A stretch of DNA of 58,051 nt from an uncultured archaeon (GCA_964458565.1 CAYWJO010000018.1:1-58051); one strand, 5' to 3'. Shown: positions 40,106 through 50,930, counted from the stretch's first letter. Notes: generated by a model not told the origin, from the sequence alone. Program-made: numbers and translations.

Positions 40106-40972
40106 ATGTGGTCAAGAATAAATCCAAGCAAATATCAACGATCATTACTCCTTATACTATTTCTATTATCACCAAGTGTTCTACCAATCATTACTGTTCA
40201 AGCCGAGAGAATACCAGAACCAAGACCAGATGCACCAACGTGGCTAGAACCACCTCAAAACCAGACGATTGAATATGGTACAAGGTTTAGGTATAAGGTC
40301 AATATAACACAACCCGATGGAGCCTATTGGTGGTTTGTCAGTGATACAGAAAATTTCAGAATTGCTGGAGGTTTTTTTTCCGCTCTAATTCAAGACAATC
40401 AACTCCTTGCAGTAGGTAAATATTTCCTTGGAATTAAGGTGTGGGATGTCCATTACAATAGTCTTGAAAGCTGGATTATCATCACAATCATAGATTCAGT
40501 TCCACCTACAATCACTACCTCAGGAAGTATTAATTTCACTAGAGGCGCACGTGACCAGGTATTGTCTTGGACAATTTATGACTTGAATCCATCAAATTAC
40601 ATCGTAACAAGAAATGGAGTGCAATTTGAAGGAGGTGAGTGGACGGAAAACGAAAAGATTGTTGAAATTCTTCTGGATTATATCCCTCCTGGATCTCACT
40701 ATTTTGTACTAACTGCGACTGATATCGGAGGTAATTCAGTTTCGAGTGTTGTCAAAGTAAAAGTCTTTGATAATGAAACAGCGGATCAACAGCCGCACAA
40801 CCCCTCAGCATTTGCTGGTGGAAATGTGTTTGGTAACTTCGGAAGATATGCACCCCCAAGAATAGCATTGCCGTTCATGGAGCTTTTTGCAGCTACAGTA
40901 TTGATGGGACTTGCATTTCTTGTTGCAGTTGCCGTTATTTCTGACAAAGAGAAAGGATTCGGTTTTGATTAG
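40106..40972 (+). CDS. Membrane-anchored Ig-like surface protein
   Basis: Signal peptide; PTWLEPPQNQTIEYG; DSVPPTI; ATDIGGN; C-terminal TM. Confidence 0.78.
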   Translation: MWSRINPSKYQRSLLLILFLLSPSVLPIITVQAERIPEPRPDAPTWLEPPQNQTIEYGTRFRYKVNITQPDGAYWWFVSDTENFRIAGGFFSALIQDNQLLAVGKYFLGIKVWDVHYNSLESWIIITIIDSVPPTITTSGSINFTRGARDQVLSWTIYDLNPSNYIVTRNGVQFEGGEWTENEKIVEILLDYIPPGSHYFVLTATDIGGNSVSSVVKVKVFDNETADQQPHNPSAFAGGNVFGNFGRYAPPRIALPFMELFAATVLMGLAFLVAVAVISDKEKGFGFD

Positions 40973-40982
40973 CAGTAATCAA

Positions 40983-41486
40983 TCAGCTAGCATCTGTCCA
41001 TTCTATTGGTTCTAGGTCCTTTCTCCGAAGGCGTTCTTGTCTTCGTTCCTTTGCGTTGCGGAAGCGTGTTTCTTCATCTATTGTTTCTAATTGCAGTCGC
41101 GGTACTTCTTTCGGTGTTCCATTTTTGTCCATGGCTACATAAGTCAAAAATGCTCGACATGTTTTTCGTATTTCACCAGTAATAGGATTCTCTGACCTGA
41201 CACGTACTTCAATTTCCATAGAGGTTCGTCCAACATAGTTTACGAATGCCTCTAGCATGACAATATCTCTCTGATGAATGGGACTAAGAAAATTAAGGGA
41301 ATCAATTGACGCAGTCACAATGTCACTTCTTGAATGACGTTTTGCCACAATCCCACCAAGAGTATCAATCCAATCAAGTAATCGACCTCCATACAGAGTT
41401 CCATTGTTGTTCACATCATTAGGAAATACAGTTTGTATCATCTGAGTTATGGAGTCTTGCACTCGCTTCGAATTCATCCTATTCAC
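40983..41486 (-). CDS. Hotdog-fold acyl-CoA thioesterase (YciA-like)
   Basis: PNDVNNNGTLYGG, VTASID, VGRTSMEIEV. Confidence 0.92.
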   Translation of the reverse strand: MNRMNSKRVQDSITQMIQTVFPNDVNNNGTLYGGRLLDWIDTLGGIVAKRHSRSDIVTASIDSLNFLSPIHQRDIVMLEAFVNYVGRTSMEIEVRVRSENPITGEIRKTCRAFLTYVAMDKNGTPKEVPRLQLETIDEETRFRNAKERRQERLRRKDLEPIEWTDAS

Positions 41487-41586
41487 CTTTACACGTTGAA
41501 ATGATGTCCTGATTTTAGTTTTGCCAATACGGTCTTAGAGTTAGGCTTATCACTGATTTGAAAAACTAGATTTCAAGTGATATAGA

Positions 41587-41874
41587 ATGCGTATCAAAGC
41601 TGTACTTCGTGATAGTGAAATCCTAAAAATGGATTCGGGTTCCCAACAAAGAATTGATGCTACCACGGCGAAGAATTTAGAACGCTTTGTTGGCTGGAGC
41701 AGTCTGCTGAAGGTTATGGGGCTGAAATTCGAAGAACGCACAAAAATGCTTGATGCTCTAAAAGATAAAGACTTGAAGATATGGCTTGGAATTGAAGGAA
41801 ATCAGCATATAATTTTCCTTAGTAAAGATACACTTCCGAATGAATCCGATTATGTTGGTTATCAATGGCAGTAA
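41587..41874 (+). CDS. Small hypothetical protein
   Basis: 95-aa ORF filling the gap between neighbours. Confidence 0.65.
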   Translation: MRIKAVLRDSEILKMDSGSQQRIDATTAKNLERFVGWSSLLKVMGLKFEERTKMLDALKDKDLKIWLGIEGNQHIIFLSKDTLPNESDYVGYQWQ

Positions 41875-41880
41875 AAATCA

Positions 41881-42657
41881 TTAATCACTGTTAATACTAT
41901 AGCGTGATTCAATGGATTTAACAGCTATATTTATTCGCTGCATCAAGTTATCAGGTATAATTGCATTCTGACCATTAAGAATAGATTGAAGCTGTTTCAC
42001 TTCTCCAAATGAACGTATAATATCGTCTTCTAAGCATTCGATGTCCAATTCGGATAAGGAGTTCACATTTGATTCAATCTTTTGGAAGATTTCAAATTGA
42101 TGCAAGTGATTTTCAAGAAGCTTGAGTCGAGATTTTGCTGAATAGTTGCTTTCCTCCACCTCCACCTCAAGACGGTCCTCAATCTGTAATAGAAGAAAAC
42201 GGATTGGATTGTATGCATCAATATCCTCAGGATATGCAGATGCATGTGCAGTAGCAATAGATAGCGATTCCTCTATTCTACCTTCACTCTCTAGGAGTCT
42301 GCATAGGTCTTCTGTAATGCAATGACTTGCATCATAGCCTTCGAGGAAAAATCTATAGAGTTCTTCAGCTTCCACTGTTCTCAAGGAATTATCTAGAATG
42401 TGACCCAAAGATGATACAGCTCTCTCGAACTTAGGATCTTTTTTAATAACTTCTCTCAATAGTAGTTCAGCTTTGTGATCTTTTTGAAGTTTGGCGTAGA
42501 TAATTCCGAGTTCAGTCGTTACACGAAGATCCTCTGGAAATTTCTGAGAGAGATCAACTAATAATTCACGGGCTTTTTCAATATCTTCCTCATAAACGGA
42601 TTTGGCTGCTAGTCTTAATACTTGGTCAATTTCCTCGTTCATTTTCAAAACTACCAT
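41881..42657 (-). CDS. TPR-repeat protein
   Basis: ELGIIYAKL...AE.LL...DP; SLGHIL...AEELY TPR patterns. Confidence 0.8.
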   Translation of the reverse strand: MVVLKMNEEIDQVLRLAAKSVYEEDIEKARELLVDLSQKFPEDLRVTTELGIIYAKLQKDHKAELLLREVIKKDPKFERAVSSLGHILDNSLRTVEAEELYRFFLEGYDASHCITEDLCRLLESEGRIEESLSIATAHASAYPEDIDAYNPIRFLLLQIEDRLEVEVEESNYSAKSRLKLLENHLHQFEIFQKIESNVNSLSELDIECLEDDIIRSFGEVKQLQSILNGQNAIIPDNLMQRINIAVKSIESRYSINSD

Positions 42658-42844
42658 GAAATTCGTTTTGTATAATAATTTAAGTATGTAGGGAAATGAA
42701 CCCGTTTTCTATGATATCCGAGGAATGGAAAAATTACTTCCTTCAATCCAAACATTTCAGCCAGAACATTTTAGCATGCAATGATTTCCATATACGTAAA
42801 TCCATTCTGTAAGAATTTTCTGTAACATATCCTTTTATGCAAAG

Positions 42845-45800
42845 ATGGGAATTGTATATAATCCGTTGAAAAACAGCAGCGTGAAAGAGGAGGAGAACAG
42901 TATTTCGAAAGAAAACGGAAAACGAATTATTGCGATAATTTGCATAGTAATAATTGCTACACCAATACTACTACAAATTAATAGTTTAGTATCAAATGAT
43001 CTAACAAATGCAGTAGTTGAGGATGATGGCAATTCCCATATTGAAATTCAAGAATATCAAGGCGAAATAGTTAGAGCTGAGAATGGAGGTACATGGATAC
43101 CCTTTTCTCCCGGAGCAGGAGAGGGAACACCTCAAATTATACTGCCGAAAACTAGTACAACTACGAGCATGCTGATTGATACGTCCTTTAGTGGAGCATA
43201 CAACATCAGCGTTGAAATCGATGAAACATGGTATAACTATCTGCATATGCCAAATGTTGGAACTCTTGGAGAAGTAGGAATGCCTTCAGTTCCAATTCTT
43301 ACAAGATATTTCATTGTTCCAGAGAACGTGGATTTGGAAATAGATATCGAATACGCCTTAGGGTCAGTTTTGGATGGTTTCAGATTAGCGCCTTCGCAAG
43401 AACCCATTCCCAACCTAAAAGATTACGATCCTCCACCATTTGAACTGCATAACGAAACATACATGACAGATGAGTTCTACCCATCAGAGATCGTGACCGC
43501 AGAAGGGCTTTCTGAATCTAGTCCAATGTATATGAGAGGCTATAGATTCATTCCGATAACATTCTATCCATTGCAGTTCAATCCAGTCACTCATCAGATT
43601 CGTATATTTTCGAAAATCGAGGTTCGGATAATATACTCAGAAGCAGCACAAATTGAAATGGTGCCATTTAGATTATGTTCATCAGCGTTCTTCAAGATAT
43701 TTGATGCACTATTTCCAAATTTTGGATCTATTTCTGAAACAGAAGATTGTCCTAGTGGCGCTGAATATCTGATAATTACAAACGATACATTCTACGATGC
43801 GGTAGTACCACTAGCAGAATGGAAGACACAGAAGGGAATCAAGGCAACAATTGTGAAGACTTCAGAAATCAATCCCTCAGGACCAACTGCAAACGAAATA
43901 AGAGATTATATCATGAATGCATACAACACTTGGACACCCGCTCCGAGTTATGTACTACTTGTGGGAGACGTTGAACATCTACCCACCAATTATGGATTAC
44001 CTCATCCTTATGACCGACATGGTGGGTTTCATATAGCTACCGATTTGTATTACGGAACTGTTCATGGCAATGATACGTTTCCGGATGTCTTCGTAGGGAG
44101 ACTACCAGTGGATACATACATCGAATGTGTGAATCTTACATACAAGATCATAAATTACGAGAGAAATCCCGATCCAAATCCTTTCTTCTACAATAGCACA
44201 ATTGTAGCAGGAGAGTTTCAGGATAATGATGGAGATGGTTTCGAAGATAGGAGATTTATCCTAACTTGTGAAGAAATTCGAGATTTTCTATTGGATGAGG
44301 GTAATGGTGTAACCAGAATCTACCATCATGATAATCCTGCTGCTAATAATCCCACTAATTACAATTTGGGCAATTACGGTATTGGAGACCCCCTACCAGC
44401 TGATTTGCTATGGAATGGATTTAGATGGAACGGCGATACATCTCACGTTGTTGGTAATATATCTCTTGGATCATTCCTGGTTGTCCATAGAGACCATGGA
44501 AGCTCCCAGAATTACTGGAGTCATTTGGGAGGATATTTCCCCTCAACATATGATGGATGGACATCTCCAAGATTCACAACCGCAGACGTGGGTGCATTGA
44601 CAAATTCTCTCATGTGGCCAGTTGTATTTAATATAGAATGCATGGGAGGTTGGTTTGATGGTGAAACTGACCAGACAGATGACCCAGCGCTTACGAACAA
44701 CTTCGAATCACTTTGTGAGGAATTACTCGTTGCACCAGCTACAGGAGCGATTGCAACAATTGGGGCTTCAAGAGTTAGTTATAGTGGTGTTAATGACGAT
44801 TTAGCAGAGGGATTCATCGACGCAATCTGGCCGGACTTCAATGTGGACTTTAATTCAGGAGGGCTCTATAGTTTTGGACAAATAATGACTTATGGAAAAG
44901 CATACATGGCAACAAGAGACTTCTGGACAGGAAATACACTAGTAGATGAAACTTTCGAACTTTTCAATCTCTTTGGTGACCCAGAATTGGAGCTCTGGAC
45001 GGACTATCCTGAAACACTAGATGTGACACACCCAAGTACTATTGGTTCACAGGGACTGCAATCATTTGTTGTAAAGGTGAATGATGCTAGTCTCGCTCCA
45101 GTTAACCATGCAAGAGTCTGTCTTTGGAAGGCAAGTGACATATATGAGGTTGAATACACTGATGCACTTGGTTGTGCATATTTTGAAATCACACCAGCAT
45201 CCTCTGGGGATCTCTTAATCACCGTTACAAAACACAATTTTATCCCATATGAAAGCATCATATCTGTGACAGGATCAGGTGCCACAATATCTGTAACTCC
45301 AGAACAGGGACCTGATGGAATCAATGTGCAGATTATGGGAACCGGATTTGATGGTAGTGAAACTGTTTCCATTTACTTCGGAGGTCCTTCTGTTGACACA
45401 ACAACATCAGCTAGTAGTGGATCATTTACAATCCCTACATTCGCAGTTCCAGCAGGTGATGACGGCCCGTTGAACGTGTACGCATTAGGACAAACCTCAG
45501 GTCGAGCCGCGTTAACACTCTTTAGACGACTTCCTGACACTCCATTACCAGATCCATATCTCTATTGTCAATGGGATTCTAGTACATGGCACCTGAATCC
45601 AGCAGGTGGAGACCCTAGATGGAATAATCCAGTTATTCAATTATATGACCAAGCCACAATGAACCCTGTTGCTTCAAACGATTTAGAAATTGGTCATTTG
45701 TACGTAATCGAAGCAACAATTCATAACGACGCGACAGTAGATGCAGTAGATACGAGTGTCACTTTTGAGTGGGCATTCTGGGGTGCAGGACAAAAGACTT

Positions 45801-46495
45801 GGCATCTTATTGAAACTGATGTAGTGACAGTTCCTGCTGGTAGTCAAGTCTCTACTGATGCCGAGTGGACTCCATCTGTTACAGGGCATACTTGTCTAAT
45901 GATTTCAATAACACATGCTACTGATTCAGATCTCGATAATAACAAAGGCCAAGAAAACACACATGTTCATCCTGTTAGTTCACCTGGAGAGGTTAACTTC
46001 ATGGTCGAAAACCCGTCCGGAGCTGTAGGCACACCTTTCTTGTCTGTTAGGCAGGTCGGAAATCCGAACTTTACTATATGGGAAAATACGATCGGGAGAG
46101 AAACTCAAATTCTAGGTCCTGGTGCGAATCAGACTGTAACTCTTGGTTTCAATGCGCCAGACATTGCAACAGTGGGAGAATTTCGAGAAGTTGTCGTTGA
46201 TGTATTTCTGTATGATGTGCTCATTGGAGGAATAGAAGTAGTCATAGAAAAAGTAGAACCGACGGTAATAACGAATACATCAACAACTACGACCACAACT
46301 ACAACAAATACTAGTTTAACCACATCAACTGTACCAAATGGATCTACAAGCACATCGACCATGTCAACAACAATAACAAATACTTCACCTACTACGCCAG
46401 AACCTACTACACCAGATTGGACACTAGTAATCATAGTTGGAGTCGTATTCTTTGCCGTCGTGGTTATTGCTGTTGTCTTACTTCGAAGGAGATGA
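42845..46495 (+). CDS. Gingipain-like C25 cysteine peptidase with propeptide, Ig/CARDB-like domains, Thr-rich stalk and TM anchor
   Basis: G.PSVP propeptide; YLIIT, YVLLVGD, TDLYY, VGRLP; catalytic DHG and ECM; FNLFGDP; poly-Thr; TM + RRR. Confidence 0.92.
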   Translation: MGIVYNPLKNSSVKEEENSISKENGKRIIAIICIVIIATPILLQINSLVSNDLTNAVVEDDGNSHIEIQEYQGEIVRAENGGTWIPFSPGAGEGTPQIILPKTSTTTSMLIDTSFSGAYNISVEIDETWYNYLHMPNVGTLGEVGMPSVPILTRYFIVPENVDLEIDIEYALGSVLDGFRLAPSQEPIPNLKDYDPPPFELHNETYMTDEFYPSEIVTAEGLSESSPMYMRGYRFIPITFYPLQFNPVTHQIRIFSKIEVRIIYSEAAQIEMVPFRLCSSAFFKIFDALFPNFGSISETEDCPSGAEYLIITNDTFYDAVVPLAEWKTQKGIKATIVKTSEINPSGPTANEIRDYIMNAYNTWTPAPSYVLLVGDVEHLPTNYGLPHPYDRHGGFHIATDLYYGTVHGNDTFPDVFVGRLPVDTYIECVNLTYKIINYERNPDPNPFFYNSTIVAGEFQDNDGDGFEDRRFILTCEEIRDFLLDEGNGVTRIYHHDNPAANNPTNYNLGNYGIGDPLPADLLWNGFRWNGDTSHVVGNISLGSFLVVHRDHGSSQNYWSHLGGYFPSTYDGWTSPRFTTADVGALTNSLMWPVVFNIECMGGWFDGETDQTDDPALTNNFESLCEELLVAPATGAIATIGASRVSYSGVNDDLAEGFIDAIWPDFNVDFNSGGLYSFGQIMTYGKAYMATRDFWTGNTLVDETFELFNLFGDPELELWTDYPETLDVTHPSTIGSQGLQSFVVKVNDASLAPVNHARVCLWKASDIYEVEYTDALGCAYFEITPASSGDLLITVTKHNFIPYESIISVTGSGATISVTPEQGPDGINVQIMGTGFDGSETVSIYFGGPSVDTTTSASSGSFTIPTFAVPAGDDGPLNVYALGQTSGRAALTLFRRLPDTPLPDPYLYCQWDSSTWHLNPAGGDPRWNNPVIQLYDQATMNPVASNDLEIGHLYVIEATIHNDATVDAVDTSVTFEWAFWGAGQKTWHLIETDVVTVPAGSQVSTDAEWTPSVTGHTCLMISITHATDSDLDNNKGQENTHVHPVSSPGEVNFMVENPSGAVGTPFLSVRQVGNPNFTIWENTIGRETQILGPGANQTVTLGFNAPDIATVGEFREVVVDVFLYDVLIGGIEVVIEKVEPTVITNTSTTTTTTTTNTSLTTSTVPNGSTSTSTMSTTITNTSPTTPEPTTPDWTLVIIVGVVFFAVVVIAVVLLRRR

Positions 46496-46530
46496 GCTGA
46501 AAACGGATAGTAACTGTCAAGAATCTCTTT

Positions 46531-46565
46531 AGGGGGCTCAGATGAGACCCCTATCATCTTTTTTT
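46531..46565 (+). terminator. Hairpin plus T-tract after gingipain gene
   Basis: AGGGGGCTCA-ga-TGAGACCCCT followed by TTTTTTT. Confidence 0.6.
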
Positions 46566-46651
46566 CAAGCCTATAACCGATTCGTTATATAAGAAACAGG
46601 CAATTATTGCAGACGTCTTTTTATGGAGACTAAGATACGTAGGCACAGGTA

Positions 46652-48091
46652 GTGAAGATGTTGCAAGTTTACAATACACTGTCTAGGAATAAAGAGGAAT
46701 TTCAACCACTTGAAGGAAACCATGTTAGAATGTATGTCTGTGGTCCGACAGTGTATGACTATCCACATATTGGAAATGCTCGATCATTTTCAGTATTTGA
46801 CACAATCCGAAGATATCTGGAATATAAAGGGTATCGCGTCACCTACATCACAAACTTCACTGATATTGATGACAAAATGATAACCCGAGCAAATGAGCAA
46901 GGAATATCTGTATCAGAATTAGCAGCACGATTTATTGTGGAATACAATATTATCGCAGAGCAACTAAATCTGAAACCAGCTACAGTAAATCCCAGAGCGA
47001 CAGAACATATCGATGATATCATAGAAATGGTGGAATTGATTGTAAAGAATGGCAAGGGATATGCTGTTGAGGGGGATGTCTATTTTGATGTCAGTGAATG
47101 GAAAGATTATGGAGCTCTATCTAAAATTCAAGCAGATGAACTCTCAGCTGGTGCGAGAGTAGACGTGGATGATAAGAAACAAGATCCAAGAGATTTCGCA
47201 CTATGGAAAGCAGAGAAACCTGGTGAACCATCATGGGACTCTCCATGGGGTAAGGGACGCCCAGGATGGCACGCTGAATGCTCAGTTATGGGCAAAGCAT
47301 ACCTTGACCTGCCTTTCGATATACATGGTGGAGGACAAGACCTAATCTTTCCCCATCATGAAAATGAAATTGCGCAGTCCTCGGCGGCTTACAATGTTGA
47401 TACTCCTGTGAAGTATTGGATGCATAATGGTTTCCTCACAATCGATGCAGACAAGATGTCGAAATCAGAAGGGAACTTCTTTACAGCACGGGAAGTTTTG
47501 GACAATTATGATCATCAAGCAGTAAGATTGTATCTTGTTTCGGGGCAATATAGGCAGCCGCTTGACTACAATCAAAAGGCGTTGGAACAAGCTTTGCAAT
47601 CATTAAATCGAATTCGCAATGTAGCTGACACTCTCAGAGGTAGAATCTCAATACTTGAGAAGAGCGGAGGACACCAATCAAAAGTCGACGATCAAATTGC
47701 TGATGCGATAAGAAAAGTGCGTGAAGGATTTGAACGGGAAATGGATGATGATTTCAATACTCCAGGAGCATTGGCAGAAATCTTTACTTTCGTTAAATCC
47801 ATCAATACGTACACAGTTGATGTTGATGGGGCCGCAGTTTTACGCGAAGCTCTCTCAGTCCTCATTGAGATTGTTGGTATCCTTGGAATAGATTTGGTTT
47901 CAACTGGAAAGGATGAAACAGCAGGTGATATGGGCACTCTCAAGGCAATCATTGAACTTATGCTTGAGCTTAGAGAGGATGCCAGAGTTAACAAAGATTG
48001 GTCAACAGCAGATAAAATTAGAGACCGTCTTAGTGAGCTAGGAATTTCCATAGCTGATTCAAAAGATGGGCCAACATGGAAGATGAGTTAG
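46652..48091 (+). CDS. cysS: Cysteine--tRNA ligase
   Basis: YVCGPTVYD, HIGN, DFALWK, GRPGWHAEC, FPHHENE, KMSKS. Confidence 0.97.
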   Translation: MKMLQVYNTLSRNKEEFQPLEGNHVRMYVCGPTVYDYPHIGNARSFSVFDTIRRYLEYKGYRVTYITNFTDIDDKMITRANEQGISVSELAARFIVEYNIIAEQLNLKPATVNPRATEHIDDIIEMVELIVKNGKGYAVEGDVYFDVSEWKDYGALSKIQADELSAGARVDVDDKKQDPRDFALWKAEKPGEPSWDSPWGKGRPGWHAECSVMGKAYLDLPFDIHGGGQDLIFPHHENEIAQSSAAYNVDTPVKYWMHNGFLTIDADKMSKSEGNFFTAREVLDNYDHQAVRLYLVSGQYRQPLDYNQKALEQALQSLNRIRNVADTLRGRISILEKSGGHQSKVDDQIADAIRKVREGFEREMDDDFNTPGALAEIFTFVKSINTYTVDVDGAAVLREALSVLIEIVGILGIDLVSTGKDETAGDMGTLKAIIELMLELREDARVNKDWSTADKIRDRLSELGISIADSKDGPTWKMS

Positions 48092-48119
48092 CCAGACCAA
48101 ACCATGCAAATAAAATCAA

Positions 48120-48166
48120 GACCTCGCTGAGGTCACTGGAGAATCAATATTTGGTTCTCCAGTTTC
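48120..48166 (+). terminator. Two adjacent hairpins downstream of cysS
   Basis: GACCTC-gct-GAGGTC then ACTGGAGAATCAA-tat-TTGGTTCTCCAGT. Confidence 0.5.
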
Positions 48167-48231
48167 AAACCTTGTTCTCAATCTAGTAAAACATATCTGG
48201 AGTCATTCCTTTATTAATATGGGTTAATTAA

Positions 48232-48477
48232 GTGGATGAATCAGAGTATTTCATGAATTGGCAGAAAAAGAGAGAAAGGTATTTCCTCCTTTTATCGATT
48301 ATTGCTGTTTCATTATTTGTAGCTACTCCAATCCTATTCTTCATATATTCACTAAACAATTTGGTTTCTTCATTTTCAATAATTATTTTAATCTCAACAT
48401 ATCTTATGATTAGTGTTTGTGTAGTAATAGTAGCTGGATATCTCGTTGTAAATAAACCGATTAATGAAATTGTTTGA
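48232..48477 (+). CDS. Small 2-TM membrane protein
   Basis: Basic N-terminus, two hydrophobic helices. Confidence 0.55.
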   Translation: MDESEYFMNWQKKRERYFLLLSIIAVSLFVATPILFFIYSLNNLVSSFSIIILISTYLMISVCVVIVAGYLVVNKPINEIV

Positions 48478-48516
48478 TAGACCTAAAGCATTTCAAAGAA
48501 TATTGCATAATTCTAA

Positions 48517-49272
48517 ATTCATGATTTTTCTCTAAACAAAATTATCTGGGATTCAAGTGCACATAAAACTCACACCTTCATTGATCTCGGAGTAGGAGTC
48601 AGCTGTAAAGAATATCCAAGGCAAACTATCTATGATCCATATGGCGTAACCCAATATTTCTACAAATATTACGTTCAATACGTGAAGATAAGAGTTGAAC
48701 TCTGTCCGAGCGGAGGGTAGCCATTTGTATCTGAATCAATCGGACAATAGCTTACTGTCCACGCTGCAGGTGAATCAGTAGATGATGGAGCATATTATGC
48801 ATGTCCTGAGACAAATCAAATACAGCAGGATGCAGCGATAATGGTTGTGTCACTTGTAGTAGGGGCAGCTATTGGTGGATTAATTGCAGGATATGCTACG
48901 GCTGCATTAAGTACCTCAATCATTCAAGGTATTTCAGTGGCAGTAGGTAAGGCTACAGGAACCGGTACAATGATAGCATTAGACTGTGTAACTCAGGACT
49001 GGGCGTACAACGACATTAAGGCAACAGGAGATCTTGACTACTTCTCACAAATTGTATGGGACCACAATTGGGGAGGATTCACACCTTACTACAAATTCAC
49101 AAGAAATGTAGGAGCTTCAATAATTCTACAATGGACTCGTCCAGATACTGCGACAAACGCATATCTCAAGGTGTATATCGAAGTTGGATATGGCACAATG
49201 AGACAGATTACATCATTAATCGGATTCCACACCGTGTCTACTTTCAGTAGAACAATGTACATCTATGCTTAA
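48517..49272 (+). pseudogene. 5'-truncated gene remnant with two in-frame TAG stops
   Basis: Frame of ORF 48841-49272 reads protein-like from 48517 except for TAG at 48718 and 48748; no ATG at the 5' end of the frame. Confidence 0.6.
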
Positions 49273-49280
49273 ACCATCAG

Positions 49281-49316
49281 GAAGATGTAGAATGTTCTAC
49301 ATCTTCAACTTTTTTT
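49281..49316 (+). terminator. Perfect inverted repeat plus T-tract between convergent genes
   Basis: GAAGATGTAGAA-tg-TTCTACATCTTC then TTTTTTT. Confidence 0.7.
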
Positions 49317-49342
49317 ATCGAAGCAATATAGTAGATTCGATC

Positions 49343-50731
49343 TCAATGCTGCTGATGCTTAACATTGACTAATAGACCAGCGTCTGGTAGGATATAGATT
49401 CTCGGATTATCTTTACCCATTTCCGTTCTATAGCGATTAACTAGTTCTCTAAGAATGCGTTGGCTATCTTGTGGGGATGATGGATTGATTCCTTCCATGC
49501 GATAGATCGTGCTCAATTCATCTGGATCATACTCCGTAACAACCTTGATGTTTCGCTCTTCAACATCCAAGAGTATTCTGAAAAGGTCAGGTGGTTTTTG
49601 ATTTCCAATCTTGAATGTCTTTTCAGAACAATATGTTTCTATCGCAAACCGAAGAGCATCCTTCACAGAGAGATTTTTAGCAGCATGCATTGCTTCTGCA
49701 TATCCATCACTACCAATGCCATCCTGACAAGGTGCGAGTAGAACAATCCACCCTTTCTTATCATGTCTTACAGCATTCCATGCAGCATGTATTCCCTTTC
49801 CAGCTTGATAGAGATTAAGTCCAAGTTCACCTACTGACACAAACACAATATCAGCTCCATGTTCAACATCAACAACACGGAGGTTCCGCAAAGGAGCTGC
49901 AGCAGCCTTGTGACATTCAATAAGGTCTCCTGCCTGTATATACACAATCTCACCATTATCAACGATTGTGTCGATACAGAACATGGGTATGAATTTCTTG
50001 CATTCTGTTGCAATCTCAATCATGTCCTGAATGACTTCATTTCCATCTGTGTTACCTAATCGGCAACCTGGTTTAAAGCCAAGTTCTAAATCAAACATCC
50101 TTGGATGATTAATGCGTATGGTTTCACGTCCTGCTACTCCTGGACAGAATAACTTTACAGTGCCGGCCTGTCCTGCAAAATAATGATACTCTGAATCACT
50201 CAGTACAATGACCATACTTGAGTCAATGACACGTTCATCTATGTAGATAGGGGTTCCTCGTGTAGTAGAGCCGAGATGCCGATTTCCAGAGTCGCAATCA
50301 TGAATCAGAACATTATCTTTCCATTCCATGTAGAGTTCTAATCCAAGTATCCGGTTCTGTATCTGTTCAGGTGATGGTTGTTTATGAGATCCGCTAGCAA
50401 TAATGATTGCAATATCATCCCGAGCTACATTGTTTTCAAGGAGACGCATCAAGACATGTGGAAGAAGTTCACGGGTATGAATGTTCGGTCGCGTGTTATC
50501 ATCAACGATGATCATAATCTTCTTTCTGGATTGATATGAGTCAGCTACCAGATTATCGAAGGGTTTAGTCCCAATTGGGTTTGCCATGACATCATTGAAT
50601 TTTTTCTTGAAGTCATCAAAATCAGGAATGTACTCTTCAATTTCCAAAACTCTTGCATCACTTATCTCATTCGGAATGAATTCATCCACGGTGAAACTAC
50701 CATATTTGATTGGTGTCTTATGAAAACTCAT
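49343..50731 (-). CDS. LarA-family (nickel-pincer) racemase/epimerase
   Basis: IIVDDNTRP, IASGSH, HYFAG.AG..K...PGVA, NLYQAGKG, C.DG.G. Confidence 0.85.
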   Translation of the reverse strand: MSFHKTPIKYGSFTVDEFIPNEISDARVLEIEEYIPDFDDFKKKFNDVMANPIGTKPFDNLVADSYQSRKKIMIIVDDNTRPNIHTRELLPHVLMRLLENNVARDDIAIIIASGSHKQPSPEQIQNRILGLELYMEWKDNVLIHDCDSGNRHLGSTTRGTPIYIDERVIDSSMVIVLSDSEYHYFAGQAGTVKLFCPGVAGRETIRINHPRMFDLELGFKPGCRLGNTDGNEVIQDMIEIATECKKFIPMFCIDTIVDNGEIVYIQAGDLIECHKAAAAPLRNLRVVDVEHGADIVFVSVGELGLNLYQAGKGIHAAWNAVRHDKKGWIVLLAPCQDGIGSDGYAEAMHAAKNLSVKDALRFAIETYCSEKTFKIGNQKPPDLFRILLDVEERNIKVVTEYDPDELSTIYRMEGINPSSPQDSQRILRELVNRYRTEMGKDNPRIYILPDAGLLVNVKHQQH

Positions 50732-50842
50732 CAGAATCCCTAAACGGACATTCGTGAAATCAATATGTAATCGTTGTGGTAAGGAATCATGGATTTGCTA
50801 CCAACTCATTTCTTTGTTTTATATATGACCAATCAATAAAAG

Positions 50843-50884
50843 TTATAAGTCGAATTTAGGCTCGTCTAACTTAGACGAAACTAA
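50843..50884 (+). promoter_or_regulatory. TATA box and tandem DtxR/MntR-type boxes upstream of feo operon
   Basis: TTATAAG followed by TTAGGCTCGTCTAA (50856) and TTAGACGAAACTAA (50871), both TTAG-N6-CTAA. Confidence 0.75.
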
Positions 50885-50930
50885 CTTGTGGTAAAATAAA
50901 CCTCAGGAAATGCCTTTCGGTGGGAACTCT

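Noticed and set aside
46270-46415. ACx-rich low-complexity tract
   Set aside because: Encodes the Thr-rich stalk of the C25 peptidase; not an independent repeat
17815-48091. tRNA-Cys and cysS in the same window
   Set aside because: 29 kb apart with unrelated genes between; no evidence of linkage
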